This document shows positions 11,665 to 25,583 of a stretch of DNA of 64,000 bases, piece after piece; within the stretch, counting starts at the first letter, position 1, and every line of letters begins with the position of its first letter. Source of the DNA: an uncultured Candidatus Actinomarina sp. (GTDB lineage: Bacteria > Actinomycetota > Acidimicrobiia > Actinomarinales > Actinomarinaceae); NCBI GenBank assembly GCA_902521955.1, contig CABYTP010000002.1, positions 55,404 to 119,403 on the forward strand, read 5' to 3'. A program made the translations under genes and the position numbers. A model generated the notes under the pieces. The model ran no database searches, was not told the origin of the DNA, and saw nothing but the letters and a program-made list of their open reading frames with translations.

Positions 11665-12849
11665 TTACTCTATAACTTTAGTTACCTGTCCTGCTCCAAC
11701 AGTTCTACCACCTTCTCTGATAGCAAATTTAACTCCCTCTTCCATAGCGATTGGGGAAATTAATTCAACTGTAATTGGAACGTTATCTCCAGGCATAACC
11801 ATTTCAGTACCTTCTGCCAAGTGAACTTCACCTGTAACGTCAGTAGTTCTGAAATAAAACTGTGGCCTATATCCTTTAAAGAATGGATTGTGTCTTCCGC
11901 CTTCTTCTTTAGTCAATACATAGACTTCAGCTTCAAATTTAGTATGTGGTGTTATTGATCCAGGTTCAGCAATTACTTGGCCTCTTTCAACATCTTCTTT
12001 GTCTACACCTCTTAAGAGGAGTCCGACATTATCACCAGCTCTACCTTCATCAAGTAGCTTTCTAAACATCTCAACACCAGTACATACTGATTTTGATGTT
12101 TCTCTAATACCAACAATTTCTACTTCTTCATTGACATTAACAATACCTTGTTCAATTCTGCCTGTTACAACAGTACCTCTACCTGTGATAGAAAATACGT
12201 CCTCAACTGGCATGAGAAATGGTTTATCGACAACTCGTGTTGGTTCTTCGATATAGCTATCTACGTTTTCCATTAATTCAAGAACAGCTTTAATGCCATC
12301 TTCTTTGCCTTCAAGTGCTGCTAAAGCAGAACCTTTGACAACAGGAACATCATCTCCTGGGAAATCGTATTCATTTAATAATTCTCTTACTTCCATTTCA
12401 ACAAGGTCTAACAATTCATCGTCATCTACCTGGTCTACTTTGTTAAGAAAGACAGCTATAGCTGGAACTCCAACCTGCCTAGCTAAAAGTACATGCTCTC
12501 TAGTTTGAGGCATTGGACCATCAGCAGCAGATACAACTAAAATTGCTCCATCAACCTGTGCAGCACCAGTAATCATGTTTTTAACATAATCAGCGTGACC
12601 AGGCATATCAACGTGAGCATAATGTCTGTTAGGAGTCTCATACTCAACGTGAGCAATCTGAATTGTGATTCCTCTTTCTCTTTCTTCAGGTGCTTTATCT
12701 ATATCTTCAAAAGCTGTAGCTTCTCCACCTTCGCTCTCTGCTAAGACTTTTGTTATAGCGGCCGTCAATGTGGTTTTACCATGGTCAATGTGTCCCATTG
12801 TACCGATGTTCACATGAGGCTTGCTTCGGTCAAATTTTTCTTTTGACAT
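11665..12849 (-). CDS. tuf: elongation factor Tu
   Basis: [23 protein letters not shown]-domain motifs; 394 aa. Confidence 0.97.
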   Translation of the reverse strand: MSKEKFDRSKPHVNIGTMGHIDHGKTTLTAAITKVLAESEGGEATAFEDIDKAPEERERGITIQIAHVEYETPNRHYAHVDMPGHADYVKNMITGAAQVDGAILVVSAADGPMPQTREHVLLARQVGVPAIAVFLNKVDQVDDDELLDLVEMEVRELLNEYDFPGDDVPVVKGSALAALEGKEDGIKAVLELMENVDSYIEEPTRVVDKPFLMPVEDVFSITGRGTVVTGRIEQGIVNVNEEVEIVGIRETSKSVCTGVEMFRKLLDEGRAGDNVGLLLRGVDKEDVERGQVIAEPGSITPHTKFEAEVYVLTKEEGGRHNPFFKGYRPQFYFRTTDVTGEVHLAEGTEMVMPGDNVPITVELISPIAMEEGVKFAIREGGRTVGAGQVTKVIE

Positions 12850-12888
12850 ATTTTTCTCCTTTTATTTAAAATCTAAATCAATCAAGAT

Positions 12889-14976
12889 TTAGACTTCAAC
12901 CTCTACTCCACGAATACTCGCAGTTATTTCTTTTGTTATGGAGTCTGGTACAGCTTCATAACTGTCAAACTGCATCGTAAATGTTGCACGGCCTTGTGTT
13001 CGAGAACGCAAATCAGTTGCGTAACCAAACATTTCTGATAACGGTACTTTAGCATTAACGACCTTTGCAGATCCTCTTTGCTCCATTTCAGCTATCTTTC
13101 CTCGTCTTGAGGATAGATCTCCGACAACATCTCCCATAAAATCTTCCGGTGTTACCACCTCTACTGTCATAACTGGTTCAAGAAGTTTTACTCCAGCTTT
13201 TTTTGCACCATCTTTTAAAGCCATAGACCCAGCAATTTTGAACGCCATCTCAGAAGAGTCAACATCATGGTATGTTCCATCTTTCAGTGTTGCTCTTACG
13301 TTAACTAATGGATATCCAGCTAGAACTCCTGTTTCCATAGCAGCTTCAACACCAGCATTTACTGATGGTATGTACTCTTTAGGTATCCTTCCACTCTTAA
13401 TCAAGTCAACAAACTCATACCCGTCTTCTATTGGCTCGAATTCCATAACTACGTGACCATACTGTCCTCTACCACCACTTTGACGAATATATTTTGCTTC
13501 AACATCTGTTTTCTTTTTAAGGGCTTCCCTGTATGCAACTTGAGGTTTTCCAATATTTGCTTCAACTTTGAATTCTCGTTTGAGCCTATCAACAAGAATA
13601 TCTAAATGTAATTCTCCCATTCCTGAAATGATTGTTTGACCAGTTTCTTCATCAGACTGTACCCTAAATGTTGGATCTTCTTCTGCTAATTTTTGTAGAC
13701 CTTCAGATAGTTTTTCCTCATCAGCTTTAGATTTTGGCTCAATAGCCACGGAAATCACTGGTTCAGGAAAGGTCATAGATTCTAACTGTATTAAATCTGA
13801 TGAAGCAGAAAGTGTATCACCTGTCTTAGCATTTTTAAGACCTACACCTGCAACAATATCTCCTGCACAAATAAAGTCAATATCTTCTCTGGAGTTAGAG
13901 TGCATTCTTAAAATACGGCCGAGTCTCTCTTCTTTACCTGTTGTGGTATTTGTTACTTTATCGCCCTTGTTAAGTGTTCCAGAATATACTCGAAAGTATG
14001 TGAGTTTACCAACATGAGGGTCACTAACTACCTTGAAGGCTAATGCAGAAAACGGGTCATCATCACTATGATCTCTTGTAAGCTCATTTTCTTCATCTCC
14101 TGGTTTAAAGCCTTTTATTTGTTCTATATCTAAAGGAGATGGCAAGTAGTCAACAACGGCATCAAGAAGTAACTGTACACCTTTATTTTTAAAAGCACTC
14201 CCAGCTAATACAGGAACAAACAATCCGTCGAGAGTTCCTTTTCTAATAGCTTTCTTTATATCATCAACTGTAAGTTCTTCTTCTGCAAAATATTTTTCAA
14301 GAACATCATCATCCGCTTCAGCAACAACATCTAAAAGTTCTTGTCGTTTTAACTGTGCTTCTTCTAATTTATCTTCTGGTATATCTGAAATATCCCACTC
14401 TGAACCATCATCTTTTGACCATGTATGTGCTTTCATCTCAACAAGATCAATAACACCTATGAAATCAGCTTCTGCTCCGATTGGAATATGAAGAACGGCT
14501 GGCTTAGCCTCAAGTCTGTCAATAATAGATTGAACATCGAAATCAAAATCTGCTCCTGTTCTATCTAATTTATTAACAAAGCAGATTCTTGGAACATTAT
14601 ATTTGTCTGCCTGTCTCCATACAGTTTCTGATTGAGGCTCTACACCTGCTACTCCATCAAATACTGCTACAGCTCCATCTAAAACCCTCAGAGATCTCTC
14701 AACTTCAACTGTAAAATCAACGTGGCCAGGAGTATCAATAATATTAATTGTATGCTTATTCCATGCACAGGTTGTAGCAGCTGATGTAATTGTTATTCCT
14801 CGTTCTTGTTCTTGCTCCATCCAATCCATTACAGCAGCACCGTCATGAACTTCGCCAATTTTATAAGTTTTACCAGTGTAATAGAGGATACGTTCAGTTA
14901 ACGTAGTTTTACCAGCATCAATATGTGCCATTATTCCGATGTTTCTTAAATTTAATAGTTCAACTTCTCTAGACAT
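12889..14976 (-). CDS. fusA: elongation factor G
   Basis: AHIDAGKTT and DTPGHVDF motifs; 695 aa. Confidence 0.97.
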   Translation of the reverse strand: MSREVELLNLRNIGIMAHIDAGKTTLTERILYYTGKTYKIGEVHDGAAVMDWMEQEQERGITITSAATTCAWNKHTINIIDTPGHVDFTVEVERSLRVLDGAVAVFDGVAGVEPQSETVWRQADKYNVPRICFVNKLDRTGADFDFDVQSIIDRLEAKPAVLHIPIGAEADFIGVIDLVEMKAHTWSKDDGSEWDISDIPEDKLEEAQLKRQELLDVVAEADDDVLEKYFAEEELTVDDIKKAIRKGTLDGLFVPVLAGSAFKNKGVQLLLDAVVDYLPSPLDIEQIKGFKPGDEENELTRDHSDDDPFSALAFKVVSDPHVGKLTYFRVYSGTLNKGDKVTNTTTGKEERLGRILRMHSNSREDIDFICAGDIVAGVGLKNAKTGDTLSASSDLIQLESMTFPEPVISVAIEPKSKADEEKLSEGLQKLAEEDPTFRVQSDEETGQTIISGMGELHLDILVDRLKREFKVEANIGKPQVAYREALKKKTDVEAKYIRQSGGRGQYGHVVMEFEPIEDGYEFVDLIKSGRIPKEYIPSVNAGVEAAMETGVLAGYPLVNVRATLKDGTYHDVDSSEMAFKIAGSMALKDGAKKAGVKLLEPVMTVEVVTPEDFMGDVVGDLSSRRGKIAEMEQRGSAKVVNAKVPLSEMFGYATDLRSRTQGRATFTMQFDSYEAVPDSITKEITASIRGVEVEV

Positions 14977-14979
14977 TAT

Positions 14980-15447
14980 TTACCACCTGTAATGAGCAAA
15001 AGCTCTATTTGACTCTGCCATTTTATGAACATCTTCTCTTTTTTTGACAGATGCTCCTGTTTTGTTGCTTGCATCTAGAATTTCTCTTCCAAGTCTTTCA
15101 GACATTGTTTTCTCTCCTCTGTTTCTAGATGAACCAACTAACCATCTGATTGCAAGAGTTGTGCTTCTTCGATAAGGAACTTCCATTGGCACTTGATAGT
15201 TAGTACCACCCACACGTCTAGATTTTGTTTCAATTTGAGGTTTTATATTTTCGAATGCATCTTTTAATACATTGATTGGGTCAGAACCTGATTGTTTTTG
15301 TACTAATTCAAGAGCACTGTAAACAATGCCGCTTGCCAAATCTTTTTTTCCATCTAAGAGAACTTGGTTAATTATCTGTGAAACTAAAACGCTGTTGTAG
15401 ATAGGGTCTGGTTCTGCTTTTCGTTTTAAAGATGGTCCCCTTCTCAT
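14980..15447 (-). CDS. rpsG: 30S ribosomal protein S7
   Basis: str operon position; S7 family. Confidence 0.93.
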   Translation of the reverse strand: MRRGPSLKRKAEPDPIYNSVLVSQIINQVLLDGKKDLASGIVYSALELVQKQSGSDPINVLKDAFENIKPQIETKSRRVGGTNYQVPMEVPYRRSTTLAIRWLVGSSRNRGEKTMSERLGREILDASNKTGASVKKREDVHKMAESNRAFAHYRW

Positions 15448-15450
15448 AAT

Positions 15451-15819
15451 TTAACCTTTTTTACTTCCGTATCTTGACCTAGCTTGTTTTCTATCGGCAA
15501 CTCCAGAGGTGTCTAAAGCTCCCCTAATCACTTTATACCTAACACCAGGAAGGTCTTTTACCCTTCCCCCTCTTACTAAAACAATTGAGTGTTCTTGTAA
15601 ATTATGGCCCTCACCTGGAATATAAGCAGTGACTTCTGTTCCTGTGGATAATCTTACCCTGCAAACTTTTCTTAAGGCAGAGTTAGGCTTTTTAGGTGTA
15701 ACAGTATAGACGCGAGTACATACACCCCTTCTTTGAGGAGATCCCTTAAGTCCAGGTGTCTTTTCTTTAGACACTTTTGACTTTCGTCCTTTTCTTACCA
15801 ACTGTTGTATAGTGGGCAT
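15451..15819 (-). CDS. rpsL: 30S ribosomal protein S12
   Basis: [12 protein letters not shown]...[10 protein letters not shown] canonical sequence. Confidence 0.96.
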   Translation of the reverse strand: MPTIQQLVRKGRKSKVSKEKTPGLKGSPQRRGVCTRVYTVTPKKPNSALRKVCRVRLSTGTEVTAYIPGEGHNLQEHSIVLVRGGRVKDLPGVRYKVIRGALDTSGVADRKQARSRYGSKKG

Positions 15820-15911
15820 AATTTATCCAATCAATAAATTTAATTTTTGGCTTACCGAAAAAGAAGTATATGACGAATTTAAAGTTACAACAACCTATTA
15901 TTTATAAGTTT

Positions 15912-18900
15912 TTATTCGTCTTCTTCCTCTTTTTCTTCACCTAACATAGCTAACCATTGCGCAGGATTTGGCAAAGCATCATCATCAGATTCTTCTGAAG
16001 ATGGTGTCATAAATCCTAATTCCGAAACCTCAGGAGCATCCGGCAAAGAAGGTGTAAATGATTGATATGCATTTGAACCAGTACCTGCTGGAATTAATGT
16101 ACCAATAATTACATTTTCTTTTAAACCGCTCAAGGAGTCACTACTTCTCTTCATAGCAGCTTCTGTGAGCACTCTTGTTGTTTCTTGGAAAGATGCTGCT
16201 GATAACCATGAATCTGTTGCAAGGCTAGCTTTTGTGATACCCATAAGCTCTGGTCGTCCTTCAGCAGGTACTTTACCGTCTTTGACTAACTCTTGGTTAG
16301 TCTCTCTAAATTGTGTTGTGTCAGCTAATTCGTTTGGTAAGAATTCAGAATCATTAGATTTAACAATCCTTACTCTTCTCAACATTTGACGAACTATCAT
16401 CTCAACGTGTTTGTCATGAACCTCAACTCCCTGATCTCTGTAAGTCTTTTGGACTTCATCAACAAGGTATTCTTGACAAGTTCTTACTCCATTTATTTGT
16501 AAAACTTCTTTAGGGTCTTTTGGACCAGTTGTTAGTGAATGTCCTGCTTCTAAGTTATCCCCTTGATTAACTAAGAGAGTTTGTCGCCTTAAAACAAGTA
16601 ACTCAACTTCTTCTTTTTCATTAGTAATTAAAACATTTCGATTTCCCTCAGGAGTAACTTCAATTGATTTGACTTTTCCATTAATTGGAGAAAGAACAGC
16701 CTTACCTTTAGGTGTTCTTGCCTCAAAAAGCTCAACAATTCTTGGAAGACCAGATGTAATGTCTAATCCTACTACTCCTCCGGTATGGAAAGTTCTCATT
16801 GTAAGCTGAGTACCAGGCTCACCTATTGATTGTGCTGAGATAATGCCAACAGCTTCTCCAACCTCAACTGGCTTGCCTGTAGCAAGGCTAAATCCGTAAC
16901 ATAAAGGATCCATTGATTCTGGGTTAAGTGAGTTGAACGGAGTCAATACCTGAACATCATCAACTCCAGATTTACCAATAGCATCAAGTACCTCTGCATC
17001 AATGTATGTACCTTTAGTAAGTTTTTGTCCATTGTCGAGTTGAACTAATTTCTTGTCAACTTTTACATCTTCAGATAATACTCTGCCGTAAAGAGTTGAA
17101 TGTAAATATCTACTTACTTTTCCATCAATCTTTACCTTTTTCTTAGTTCCTCTCCAGTCAATATTTTCGTCACCTAGTTCTTTAACTACAATTCCCGCAG
17201 CAACATCTACTAATCTTCTTGTTAAATAACCGGAGTCAGCAGTTCTTAAAGCTGTATCAGCAAGTCCTTTCCTTGCACCGTGAGTAGATATAAAATATTC
17301 TAAGACAGACATACCCTCTCTGAAGTTACTCTTAATAGGTCTTTCAATAATATCTCCCTTAGGATTAGCTACTAATCCCCTCATTCCTGCAAGCTGTCTA
17401 ACCTGCATCATGTTTCCTCTAGCACCTGATTTAACCATCATATCTACAGGATTAAACTCTTCAGATTCTAGTTCAATCTTCATTGCTTCTTGTACTTCTT
17501 CCGTAGCTTCATTCCATATTTCAATAATTTTTTGTTTTCTCTCATTTTCGGTAATGACATCAGCTTCAAACTGCTTTTCTACTTTTTCAGCTTCACCTTC
17601 GTACTTTTCAAGGATTTGATTTTTACTTGGAGGAGTCTTAACATCACTCATCGCAACACTTAATCCAGCTTTAGCACCGTAGGTAAATCCTACAGATTTC
17701 ATTGAGTCAAGAAATACTCTTAATTCTGCTTTATTGTATCTTTCGATTACTTCCGAAATAATTTTTTTCATTTGTGGCTTTCTCACTGATGCTTGAATAA
17801 ATGGAAAATTTGGAGGAAGTATTGAGTTGAAATGTAGCCTACCTAAAGTTGTTTGAGTAAGCTTTGAACCATCGACTGGTTGTTCAGTTAATAATTCAGA
17901 AAATCTTCCATATAATTCTGAATGCATTTCGGCATCACCAGCTAATTCTCCTACTCTCACATTTATTGGAGTTTGGAGTCCTATATGTCCGCTCTCATAA
18001 GCAATTTGAGCTTCATTAAAGTCTACAAAATTTAGTTCTGCTGTATCAAGTTCTTTATGACATTCTGTAATGTAATATAAGCCAATAACCATGTCTTGAC
18101 TAGGAGATACAATAGGATTTCCAGATGCAGGAGATAATACATTATTAGTAGAAAGCATTAGTACCCTTGCCTCAGCTTGAGCTTCAGCTGAAAGTGGTAC
18201 GTGAACAGCCATCTGATCACCATCAAAGTCGGCATTAAATGCTTCACAAACTAGTGGGTGAACTTGTATAGCTTTACCCTCGACTAATATTGGCTCAAAT
18301 GCTTGAATTCCTAATCTATGCAAGGTTGGAGCTCTGTTTAACAATACAGGGTGTTCTTCTATAACTTCTGCCAATACATCCCAAACTTGAGCTCTTGATC
18401 TCTCGACCATTCTTTTTGCAGATTTGATATTTTGAGCTAATCCTAACTCAACTAATCTTTTCATTACAAAAGGCTTAAATAATTCGAGTGCCATCATTTT
18501 CGGAAGACCACACTGCTGCAATTCTAAATGGGGACCTACAACAATTACGGATCTAGCAGAATAGTCAACTCTCTTACCTAATAAGTTTTGACGAAACCTA
18601 CCTTGTTTTCCCTTTAACATGTCAGAAAGGGATTTAAGTCCTCTACCTCCAGCACCAGCTACAGCTCTTCCTCTTCTACCATTATCAAATAATGCATCAA
18701 CAGATTCTTGAAGCATACGCTTTTCATTACTGATAATTATTTCAGGAGCACCTAATTCAATTAATTTCTTAAGCCTATTATTTCTATTTATAAGTCTTCT
18801 ATATAGGTCATTTAAATCAGAAGTTGCAAACCTACCACCATCAAGCTGAACCATAGGTCTTAGCTCAGGCGGGATAACTGGTATGACTTCAAGTATCATA

Positions 18901-19826
18901 GCTTCAGGAGGGTTTTTTCCATCAGCAAAAGGCTTAATAACTTTCATTCTTTGTATGGCTCGTTGTCTTCTTTGAGCAGATTTGGATTCTAAATCAGATT
19001 CTAATTTTTCCATTTCTGCTTTTAAATCAACTAACTGCACTAATTCTCTAACTGCTTCAGCTCCCATTCCTCCAGTGAAATATTCATCATATTTATCAAT
19101 CATCTCACGCCATAATGTATCATTTTCAATTAGCGTTTTAGGTTTTAAGGTTTTGAGAGTAGAAAAAGCTTCTTCAATAACTTTGATTTCTGCATCCGAT
19201 TTAACTTTTTTTTGCTTTATTTCTTTTTCTACTTCTTTTTGTCTAATTTGAATTTCAGGCTCTGGAATTTTAGCGTTTTTCATAGCTTTAATTTCTGTAT
19301 CCATTTGTTTAATTCTTTTTTGTTCCCACTCTTCGAAATCTTCATTTACTATTTCTACTTCAGCAACTACAGCTTCTTCTAATTCAGCTAAGTCTTTTGT
19401 TCTTTTTTTAGAATCGATAGAGACTACTAAGTAAGCGGCAAAATAGATTACTTTTTCAAGTTCTTTTGGTGACATATCAAGAAAATAGCCTAAGCGACTT
19501 GGAACACCTTTAAAGTACCAAATATGTGTTACTGGTGCAGCAAGTTCAATATGACCCATTCGTTCACGTCTAACTTCTCTTCTAGTAACCTCAACACCAC
19601 AACGTTCACAATTGATTCCTCTGTATCTTATTCTTTTGTATCGTCCACATGAACATTCCCAATCTTTGGTTGGACCAAAGATTCTTTCATCAAACAAACC
19701 ATCTTTTTCAGGTTTCAAAGTCCTATAGTTTATAGTTTCAGGCTTTTTCACTTCTCCAAATGACCAACTCCTCATTTGATCAGAGGTAGCAAGACTGATA
19801 CTTAATTCATCAAATATTTTTTCCAT
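15912..19826 (-). CDS. rpoC: DNA-directed RNA polymerase subunit beta'
   Basis: 1304 aa; NADFDGD catalytic motif; Zn-binding CxxC...CxxC N-terminus. Confidence 0.97.
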   Translation of the reverse strand: MEKIFDELSISLATSDQMRSWSFGEVKKPETINYRTLKPEKDGLFDERIFGPTKDWECSCGRYKRIRYRGINCERCGVEVTRREVRRERMGHIELAAPVTHIWYFKGVPSRLGYFLDMSPKELEKVIYFAAYLVVSIDSKKRTKDLAELEEAVVAEVEIVNEDFEEWEQKRIKQMDTEIKAMKNAKIPEPEIQIRQKEVEKEIKQKKVKSDAEIKVIEEAFSTLKTLKPKTLIENDTLWREMIDKYDEYFTGGMGAEAVRELVQLVDLKAEMEKLESDLESKSAQRRQRAIQRMKVIKPFADGKNPPEAMILEVIPVIPPELRPMVQLDGGRFATSDLNDLYRRLINRNNRLKKLIELGAPEIIISNEKRMLQESVDALFDNGRRGRAVAGAGGRGLKSLSDMLKGKQGRFRQNLLGKRVDYSARSVIVVGPHLELQQCGLPKMMALELFKPFVMKRLVELGLAQNIKSAKRMVERSRAQVWDVLAEVIEEHPVLLNRAPTLHRLGIQAFEPILVEGKAIQVHPLVCEAFNADFDGDQMAVHVPLSAEAQAEARVLMLSTNNVLSPASGNPIVSPSQDMVIGLYYITECHKELDTAELNFVDFNEAQIAYESGHIGLQTPINVRVGELAGDAEMHSELYGRFSELLTEQPVDGSKLTQTTLGRLHFNSILPPNFPFIQASVRKPQMKKIISEVIERYNKAELRVFLDSMKSVGFTYGAKAGLSVAMSDVKTPPSKNQILEKYEGEAEKVEKQFEADVITENERKQKIIEIWNEATEEVQEAMKIELESEEFNPVDMMVKSGARGNMMQVRQLAGMRGLVANPKGDIIERPIKSNFREGMSVLEYFISTHGARKGLADTALRTADSGYLTRRLVDVAAGIVVKELGDENIDWRGTKKKVKIDGKVSRYLHSTLYGRVLSEDVKVDKKLVQLDNGQKLTKGTYIDAEVLDAIGKSGVDDVQVLTPFNSLNPESMDPLCYGFSLATGKPVEVGEAVGIISAQSIGEPGTQLTMRTFHTGGVVGLDITSGLPRIVELFEARTPKGKAVLSPINGKVKSIEVTPEGNRNVLITNEKEEVELLVLRRQTLLVNQGDNLEAGHSLTTGPKDPKEVLQINGVRTCQEYLVDEVQKTYRDQGVEVHDKHVEMIVRQMLRRVRIVKSNDSEFLPNELADTTQFRETNQELVKDGKVPAEGRPELMGITKASLATDSWLSAASFQETTRVLTEAAMKRSSDSLSGLKENVIIGTLIPAGTGSNAYQSFTPSLPDAPEVSELGFMTPSSEESDDDALPNPAQWLAMLGEEKEEEDE

Positions 19827-19829
19827 AAT

Positions 19830-22800
19830 TTATACCTCTGCCTCATCTTGTTCTGGTCTTGTCATGTCAATTCCAAGGGTTTCAGCTGTTTTGACATATT
19901 CATCACTAATATCTTTCATTGATATCTCTTCACCAGCTGAAAGAATTTCAACATTCAGACACAAGCTTTGCATTTCTTTCAATAAGACTTTAAATGATTC
20001 AGGAATTCCTGGTTCTGGAATATTATCACCTTTAACAATTGATTCATATACTTTTACTCTACCGACAGTGTCGTCTGATTTAATTGTTAAAAGTTCTTGT
20101 AATGCATAGCTTGCACCATATGCCTCAAGAGCCCAAACTTCCATTTCTCCAAATCTCTGACCACCAAATTGTGCTTTACCGCCTAGAGGCTGCTGAGTGA
20201 TCATAGAATAAGGGCCTGTTGACCTAGCATGAATTTTTTCATCAACTAAATGGATTAATTTCAATATATATGTAAATCCAACTGTAATTTTAGAATCAAA
20301 AGGTTCTCCAGTTCTACCATCATATAATGTTGCTTTACCATTTTCGTTTACAAGGAGACCGCCATCACGATTAGGATTTACATTTCTAAGAATTTCATGA
20401 ATCTCTTCTTCATCTGCACCATCAAATACAGGGGTTGAAATAAGAGTTCCTGGTTTTGCGCCTTTTGCTGCTTTGGTTGAACCCTTGTATTCTGACCAAC
20501 CCTGGTCTGCAGCCCACCCAAGATGAGTCTCAAGAATTTGACCAAGATTCATACGGCTTGGTACACCGAGAGGTGAGAGCATAATGTCTAAGGAAGTACC
20601 GTCTTCCATATAAGGCATATCTTCAATAGGAAGGATTTTAGAAATTACACCCTTATTTCCGTGCCTTCCTGATAGTTTGTCACCGACTTGTATTTTTCTT
20701 TGAATAGCAACATAAACTCTAACTTTTTGATTAACTCCTGGAGGAAGATCGGCACCATCATCTCTTTTAAGTATTTGAACATCAATAACTTTTCCTCTTT
20801 CTCCGTGAGGTACTCGAAGAGATGTATCTCTAACTTCTCGAGCTTTTTCTCCGAATATAGCTCTTAAAAGTCTTTCTTCTGGTGTAAGTTCAGTTTCACC
20901 TTTTGGTGTTACTTTACCAACTAAGTAATCACCAGGAGATACCTCCGCACCAATTCTGACTATTCCCATTTCATCTAAATCCATTAAAACTTCTTCTGCA
21001 ACATTAGGAATATCTCTTGTTATTTCTTCTTCACCTAATTTTGTGTCTCTTGCCTCTATTTCATGCTCAGCAATATGAACAGACGTCAATACATCTTCTT
21101 TTACGAGTCTTTCGGAAATAACAATAGAGTCCTCAAAGTTATAACCATCCCAAGGCATATAACCAACTAAAAGATTTTTTCCAAGAGCCAATTCTCCACC
21201 TTGAGTACTAGGACCATCTGCTAGAACATCTCCGGGCTTTACTTTTGTACCAACCTTAACAAGTGGTTTTTGATTCCAGCTAGTAGCTTGGTTTGATCTC
21301 TTAAATTTCAGAACTGTGAAACGATGCTTTTTATTTGTTCCCTCTTCTTTAACAGTTATCTCATCTCCAGAAACTTCTTCGACTGTTCCAGAAATATTGG
21401 ATATAAGAGCTTCACCTGAATCTCTTGCAACATTTTCTTCCATACCTGTACCCACATAAGGAGCCTCTGTTTTCACCAATGGAACAGCTTGTCGTTGCAT
21501 ATTAGAGCCCATAAGTGCTCTGTTTGCGTCATCATGTTCCAAAAATGGAATCAAAGCAGTTGTCACTGAACAAATCTGTTTAGGGCTTACATCCATAAAA
21601 TCAATTTCCTTATCAGAAACGAAAGCAACCGCTCCGCCATTTTGTCGAGATAAAACCCTTTTATTTTGAAATGTTCCATCTTCTTTTATTGGAGCATTTG
21701 CCTGAGCTATTGTGTATTCATCTTCCTGAGCAGCAGTGAGATAGACAGCTTTATTTGTTTTTACAACTCCATTTTCAACTTTCCAATAAGGAGTTTCAAT
21801 AAAACCAAATTTGTTTACTCTTCCGTAAGTTGCAAGTGTGCCTATTAAACCAATATTTGGACCTTCAGGAGTTTCAATTGGACACATTCTTCCATAATGA
21901 GATGGATGGACATCTCTGACCTCGAATCCAGCTCGCTCTCTTGACAAACCACCAGGGCCAAGTGCAGATAGCCTTCTCCTGTGAGTTAAACCAGCAATTG
22001 GATTAGGTTGATCCATAAATTGACTCAATTGACTTGTTCCAAAAAATTCTTTAAGTGATGCTTGTATTGGTCTTATATTAATAAGAGACTGTGGTGTAAT
22101 TGCTTCAGGCTCTTGGGTTGTCATCCTTTCTCGAACAACTCTTTCAAGCCTACTTAGTCCAACTCTTACTTGATTTTGTACTAATTCACCGACAGTTCTA
22201 ATCCTTCTGTTTCCAAAATGGTCAATATCATCAAGTCTTACAGGAATCTCTTTACCTTTATTATTATTAAAAGAATCTTCACCAGCATGAAGAGCTATTA
22301 CATACTTGATTGAGTCGATCATATCATCAATTCTGAGCATACCATCGCCTTCTGTTGTGTATGTCTCAGCATCTTTTTCGCCATATTGACGACCAAGTTT
22401 TTGTTCAACTTTGTATCGACCAACTTTTGTTAAATCATATCTTTTTGGTGTATAAAACATTTGTTTTACTAAATTTTTTGCAGATTCAACTGATGCTGGT
22501 TCACCAGGTCTTAATTTTCTATAGAGGTCAATTAATGCCGCTTCTCTAGTAGTGTCGGGGTCTCTCTCTATAGTATTGTGAACTGATGGATAATCTCCAA
22601 GAAGCTCAATAGCATCTTCCTTATTTTCAATAACATCAAGAGCCATTAAAAATCCTGTTATGTGCTGCCTTCTTTTTCTATCGACTCTTACACCTAATGT
22701 ATCCCTCTTATCGGTATCAAATTCTAACCAAGCACCTCTTCCAGGAATCATTTTTCCAATGAAAACTTCTTTGTCAGATGTTTTATCAATTTCTTGAGAG

Positions 22801-23222
22801 AAATAAACACCAGGAGATCTTACAAGCTGACTTACAATGACTCTTTCGGTACCATTGATTACAAATGTTCCAGTATCTGTCATTATTGGAAAATCGCCAA
22901 GAAAAACAGTCTGCTGTTTAATTTGACCAGTTTCTCTATCTAAAAATTGAGCAGTTACATAAAGTGGTTGGGAATATGTAGAATCAGTTATTCTACAATC
23001 TTCAAGAGTTTTTAACGGTTCTTCAAAATAATGATTAAGAAACTCTAATGAAAATCTTCCAGAAAAATCTTCTATAGGTGATATCTCATCTAGGATCTCT
23101 TTGAGACCCTCTTCAATAAACCATTTGAATGAATCTTTTTGTATAATTAATAAATCTGGAATATCTAGAACTTTTGGAATCTTGGCAAACGAAAGTCTAG
23201 AATTCTGAACAGCGGACAACAA
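19830..23222 (-). CDS. rpoB: DNA-directed RNA polymerase subunit beta
   Basis: 1130 aa; conserved beta-subunit blocks; immediately upstream of rpoC. Confidence 0.97.
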   Translation of the reverse strand: MLSAVQNSRLSFAKIPKVLDIPDLLIIQKDSFKWFIEEGLKEILDEISPIEDFSGRFSLEFLNHYFEEPLKTLEDCRITDSTYSQPLYVTAQFLDRETGQIKQQTVFLGDFPIMTDTGTFVINGTERVIVSQLVRSPGVYFSQEIDKTSDKEVFIGKMIPGRGAWLEFDTDKRDTLGVRVDRKRRQHITGFLMALDVIENKEDAIELLGDYPSVHNTIERDPDTTREAALIDLYRKLRPGEPASVESAKNLVKQMFYTPKRYDLTKVGRYKVEQKLGRQYGEKDAETYTTEGDGMLRIDDMIDSIKYVIALHAGEDSFNNNKGKEIPVRLDDIDHFGNRRIRTVGELVQNQVRVGLSRLERVVRERMTTQEPEAITPQSLINIRPIQASLKEFFGTSQLSQFMDQPNPIAGLTHRRRLSALGPGGLSRERAGFEVRDVHPSHYGRMCPIETPEGPNIGLIGTLATYGRVNKFGFIETPYWKVENGVVKTNKAVYLTAAQEDEYTIAQANAPIKEDGTFQNKRVLSRQNGGAVAFVSDKEIDFMDVSPKQICSVTTALIPFLEHDDANRALMGSNMQRQAVPLVKTEAPYVGTGMEENVARDSGEALISNISGTVEEVSGDEITVKEEGTNKKHRFTVLKFKRSNQATSWNQKPLVKVGTKVKPGDVLADGPSTQGGELALGKNLLVGYMPWDGYNFEDSIVISERLVKEDVLTSVHIAEHEIEARDTKLGEEEITRDIPNVAEEVLMDLDEMGIVRIGAEVSPGDYLVGKVTPKGETELTPEERLLRAIFGEKAREVRDTSLRVPHGERGKVIDVQILKRDDGADLPPGVNQKVRVYVAIQRKIQVGDKLSGRHGNKGVISKILPIEDMPYMEDGTSLDIMLSPLGVPSRMNLGQILETHLGWAADQGWSEYKGSTKAAKGAKPGTLISTPVFDGADEEEIHEILRNVNPNRDGGLLVNENGKATLYDGRTGEPFDSKITVGFTYILKLIHLVDEKIHARSTGPYSMITQQPLGGKAQFGGQRFGEMEVWALEAYGASYALQELLTIKSDDTVGRVKVYESIVKGDNIPEPGIPESFKVLLKEMQSLCLNVEILSAGEEISMKDISDEYVKTAETLGIDMTRPEQDEAEV

Positions 23223-23304
23223 GCCTCCTCAAAAATTAATAACAGCTACCCGAAAGGTAGAGTATATTAGTACTTATTATTTAAGCAAACAAATAATTGT
23301 ATTA

Positions 23305-23691
23305 TTATTTGAGCTCTACAGTTGCGCCAGCACCTTCTAGAGCTTCTTTTGCTTTTTCAGCATCTTCCTTAGAAGCGCCAGTAAGAATGTCTGACGGTGC
23401 ATTATCAACAAGTTCTTTAGCTTCTTTTAGACCAAGGCTTGTTAAGCCTCTTACTTCTTTGATAACCTGAATCTTTTGAGATCCGGCTGCTGCTAGAACT
23501 ACGTCAAATGCGTCTTTTTCGGCACCCGCACCTGCATCATCTCCTCCACCAGCTGGTGCAGCAGCTACAGCTACAGGAGCTGCGGCAGATACATCAAATT
23601 TCTCTTCGAAAGCATCAAGAAAATCTTTCAGCTCAAGAACAGTCATTTCTTCAAAGACACCAAGCAACTCATCAGTTGTCATTTTTGCCAT
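23305..23691 (-). CDS. rplL: 50S ribosomal protein L7/L12
   Basis: Ala/Gly-rich hinge; C-terminal ...KEAKELV...GATVELK. Confidence 0.95.
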   Translation of the reverse strand: MAKMTTDELLGVFEEMTVLELKDFLDAFEEKFDVSAAAPVAVAAAPAGGGDDAGAGAEKDAFDVVLAAAGSQKIQVIKEVRGLTSLGLKEAKELVDNAPSDILTGASKEDAEKAKEALEGAGATVELK

Positions 23692-23694
23692 TTG

Positions 23695-24288
23695 TTATTC
23701 CTCCTCATTACTAACTTCATCAGAAGTTACATCATCATTCTTTGATTCATTAACTTCAGAAACTTCACCATTTGAAACTTTTTTATCAACTAATGCACTT
23801 AATGCATATCCAGCTTTACTAATTATTGCTTTAGTACCAGCTGCAACTTTTACAAGCGGTGCATTAAAGCCACCAGCTATTTTTGCTAGCAACACATCCC
23901 TAGGTTCAATATTTGCGAGGATATTAATTTGATCAACAGATAATGGTTCTGAATCCATTAATCCACCCTTAATTACGAAAGCCTCATTGTCTTTTGAAAA
24001 ATCTTTTAATACTTTAGCTGCTTCAACAGGATCAGATTCAATTACAGTCACACCAGTTGGGCCAGAAAAATATTCTTTAAGAGATTCGAGGCCTATGTTT
24101 TCTGCAGCTCTTTTAGCTAGTGTCATTTTCACAACATTGAACGACGCCCCGGCTTTCTTTAATTCTCTTCTTAATTGAGTCTGCTGTGAAACAGTTAACC
24201 CTCTGTATTCAGCAAGAACAAGAGAGTTTGCAGATTGAAATAATTCTTCCAAATCTTTAACCGCTTGTACTTTATCTTTTCTAACCAT
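23695..24288 (-). CDS. rplJ: 50S ribosomal protein L10
   Basis: The track ORF begins at an upstream TTG. The first ATG (24288) gives MVRKDKVQAV..., a typical L10 N-terminus. Confidence 0.88.
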   Translation of the reverse strand: MVRKDKVQAVKDLEELFQSANSLVLAEYRGLTVSQQTQLRRELKKAGASFNVVKMTLAKRAAENIGLESLKEYFSGPTGVTVIESDPVEAAKVLKDFSKDNEAFVIKGGLMDSEPLSVDQINILANIEPRDVLLAKIAGGFNAPLVKVAAGTKAIISKAGYALSALVDKKVSNGEVSEVNESKNDDVTSDEVSNEEE

Positions 24289-24418
24289 AAAAAAATCCTT
24301 GCATACCAAGGACCTTAATCGAGTTACCTACGTTAGATTTACAAACAATGACTAACGGTCTTTGGTTTTAATTGTTCTTTAACAATATAAACGTATTAGA
24401 AATTTAAATACAAATAAA

Positions 24419-25105
24419 TTACAGATTTATATCTATTGGGATTGAAGGTCCCATAGTTGAAGACATGTGAACACTTTTAATATACTCCCCTTTAGAGGAA
24501 GCAGGCTTGGCTTTAATAACTTCAGCAATCACTTCTTCAAAATTTTGAAGAAGTTTTTCCGCATCAAAAGATACCTTTCCAATAGACATGTGTAAATTAC
24601 CTAATTTATCATTTTTTATTTCAATTTTTCCTTTTTTAAAGTCTTCTACTGCTTTTGCAACATTTGGAGTTACGGTTCCTGTTTTAGGATTTGGCATTAA
24701 TCCTTGTGGTCCTAATATTTTACCGAGTTGACCAACTTCAGCCATCATTTCAGGTGTCGAAATAACAATGTCTACATCAAGTTTTTGCTCAGATGCAACT
24801 TTAGTAGCTAGTTCTTTACCTCCAACAATATCAGCTCCTGCTTTTTCAGCTTCAGTAAGAGCTTCGCCACCTGCAAATACAGCAATTTTTACATCCTTAC
24901 CAGTTCCATTTGGTAGTGAAACAGTAGTCCGAATATTTTCATCAGCAGACTTCGTGTCAATACCTAAAGAAAATGCAACATCAACTGACTCGTCAAATTT
25001 TGCAGTCGAATTTTCTTTACAATGTTGTATAGCTTCAATTTTAGTTTGTATTGAAGTAGGAATATTTGACTTTGCTTTATTGTAATTTTTTCCGTATTTT
25101 TTCAT
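24419..25105 (-). CDS. rplA: 50S ribosomal protein L1
   Basis: L1 family; position after rplK. Confidence 0.93.
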   Translation of the reverse strand: MKKYGKNYNKAKSNIPTSIQTKIEAIQHCKENSTAKFDESVDVAFSLGIDTKSADENIRTTVSLPNGTGKDVKIAVFAGGEALTEAEKAGADIVGGKELATKVASEQKLDVDIVISTPEMMAEVGQLGKILGPQGLMPNPKTGTVTPNVAKAVEDFKKGKIEIKNDKLGNLHMSIGKVSFDAEKLLQNFEEVIAEVIKAKPASSKGEYIKSVHMSSTMGPSIPIDINL

Positions 25106-25149
25106 TTTTCTCCTTTGGTCCGAGCGATATAATATCTCCCAAAAATTAT

Positions 25150-25575
25150 TTAGTTTTCTACAGTTACTCCCATTGATCTAGCAGTACCTGCAATTATATT
25201 TATTGCTGCATCTATATCATTAGCATTTAAATCTTCCATCTTTACTTCAGCTATATTTTTTAATTGGTCTCTAGTTATAGAACCTACTTTTTCCTTATGA
25301 GGTTCTGGTGAACCTGACTCTAAACTGATAGCCTTTTTAATTAAATAAGATGCGGGTGCTGTTTTAGTAACGAATGTAAAAGAATTATCTTCATATATTG
25401 TAATTTCGACAGGAACTGTTTCACCTTGGCGACTCGCAGTATCGTTATTAAAAGCTTGTACGAAGTCCATGATGTTAACTCCATATTGACCTAAAGCTGA
25501 ACCTACAGGTGGTGCTGGTGTTGCGCCGCCACCAGGTATTTGTAATTTAAGTAATGCTTTTATTGGTTTTGCCAT
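25150..25575 (-). CDS. rplK: 50S ribosomal protein L11
   Basis: [24 protein letters not shown] canonical sequence. Confidence 0.95.
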   Translation of the reverse strand: MAKPIKALLKLQIPGGGATPAPPVGSALGQYGVNIMDFVQAFNNDTASRQGETVPVEITIYEDNSFTFVTKTAPASYLIKKAISLESGSPEPHKEKVGSITRDQLKNIAEVKMEDLNANDIDAAINIIAGTARSMGVTVEN

Positions 25576-25583
25576 AATCTTTC

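Noticed and set aside
23246-23260. Hairpin CTACC-CGAAA-GGTAG downstream of rplL as a terminator or attenuator before rpoB.
   Set aside because: The stem is only 5 bp with no adjacent U-tract on the transcribed strand. It overlaps the rpoB RBS region, so at most it is a weak attenuator.
1640-25085. Many plus-strand ORFs of 60-105 aa in the track that lie antisense inside secY, ribosomal-protein genes, tuf, fusA, rpoB/rpoC and rplA.
   Set aside because: They are fully contained in strongly supported minus-strand genes, have low-complexity Ser/Leu/Phe-rich composition typical of antisense frames in AT-rich DNA, and lack RBSs.
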